The notes under the pieces are model-generated. The model was not told where the DNA came from. It was given only the letters and a program-made list of their open reading frames with translations, and did not search any database. A stretch of DNA of 22,513 bases from Neoechinorhynchus agilis (taxonomy: Eukaryota > Animalia > Acanthocephala), in assembly GCA_051530055.1 (NCBI GenBank), contig JBMGUZ010000045.1, positions 1 to 22,513 of the forward strand, read 5' to 3'. Made by a program: the position numbers and the translations under genes. Shown in pieces: positions 21,565-22,513 of this stretch. The number at the start of each line of letters is the position of its first letter. The first letter of the stretch is position 1.

Positions 21565-22220
21565 CAATTTCAATAGCATTCGGCTTTAGCCTTGCATTTG
21601 TATAAAAGGAAATGTGATTACAAAATCTGAAACAAGGCAATCAGGCTCTTTTAGAAGTACGTGCGAGTGAGTTTAAAGTATTTAATGTTTGCCGACAAAG
21701 TCTTCCTTTTAATCCTGCCTGCAGTATGAATTCAAATGAACGGATTAAACAAAAGTTTCGTCTATTTGACTTTAAATAACAAAACGCACAACGGAATCTC
21801 AGACTTTGATCGGAGTTTGTAAGACGAATACGATACTTCTTTTATTCTAAACAATTTGTGGAAATTAAGACGCCTATTCTTACATCGATTTCAGAGACCG
21901 GAGCCAATGAATTCGTAATTAGACGGTCGTCAAACACTGAAATGGAATATGCCCTCGCTCAAAATTCCCAGATGATTTGCGGAATTGATCGTTATTTCGA
22001 AATAGCTAAGTGTTTCCGAGATGAGCTCATCAATTCCGTTAGACAACCCGAATTCACTCAAGTCGACTATGAGATGGCATTCTGTGATCAAAATGACATT
22101 ATGATGATTGCTGAAGAATGCCTCCAATCGTCCATACTTTTTGTATGCTCTAAGAAAATCCAATTCCAATCAATGACTTACGATGACGCTATTCGAAGAT
22201 TCAGAACGGATAATCTGATC
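21565..22220 (+). pseudogene. DARS2: Aspartyl-tRNA synthetase, mitochondrial/bacterial type (DARS2/aspS-like), disabled
   Basis: CIKGNV...LEVRASEFKVFN...LPF...KFRLFDFK*...QRNLRL*S...FVEIKTPILT...GANEF...YALAQNSQMICGIDRYFEIAKCFRDE...RQPEFTQVDYEMAF...MTYDDAIRRFRTD covers the OB-fold end plus class II motifs 1 and 2. Stops at 21587 (TAG), 21777 (TAA) and 21807 (TGA); frameshift near 21632; the FKQLL-type segment is missing near 21970. The 3' extent beyond 22220 is unclear. Confidence 0.88.
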
Positions 22221-22513
22221 ATTATTCTTATTATGAGTGCAGATAATGAGAATATGGATAGAGGAAACCCGATTGTCGATATCAAAAGTCATTCTCAACT
22301 CAAAAAGTTAAAATGCACTTGTATGGATATACAACGAATAATGTAATCAATCCGAAAAACAATGTAAAGCGTAAAGATGATGCGTTCAGGACTGAACTCT
22401 GCGAAAAAAATAGTCGAATCCACAGTTTCGATGATAGTAATGGTGAGCTCCAATTTACGTGGATAACTAATATGGACGTGCTTTTGCATATTTCGCAGAG
22501 GGGATTTCTTTAA

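Noticed and set aside
1-22513. CRISPR arrays, tRNA/rRNA genes, prokaryotic operons or retron/DGR-type RT systems
   Set aside because: No spaced direct-repeat arrays or RNA gene signatures were seen. All RT motifs belong to eukaryotic LINE or Gypsy elements, and spliceosomal introns show the DNA is eukaryotic.

Overview
Eukaryotic nuclear DNA, not prokaryotic. About three quarters of the window is decayed, nested retroelement debris from several families: two L2/CR1-like LINE copies, two copies of one Ty3/Gypsy family, a Mag-like Gypsy gag-protease, a further Gypsy RNase H piece, a divergent gag-knuckle LINE, RTE-like and CRE-like fragments. The main non-TE content is invisible in the ORF track. 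It is a 13-exon minus-strand gene (2411->335) with twelve 41-51 nt GT-AG introns. It encodes a ~504-aa predicted type II membrane glycoprotein with three SEA/ferredoxin-like repeats. A diverged, 3'-truncated paralog lies 10.6 kb away (13048->11460). Each copy carries a different frameshift that is intact in the other, and their ectodomains differ mostly by amino-acid-changing substitutions. The window ends in a disabled mitochondrial/bacterial-type aspartyl-tRNA synthetase sequence. I could not support any rRNA, tRNA or CRISPR feature. All alignments and counts were done by eye; no database was searched, and TE boundaries are approximate.
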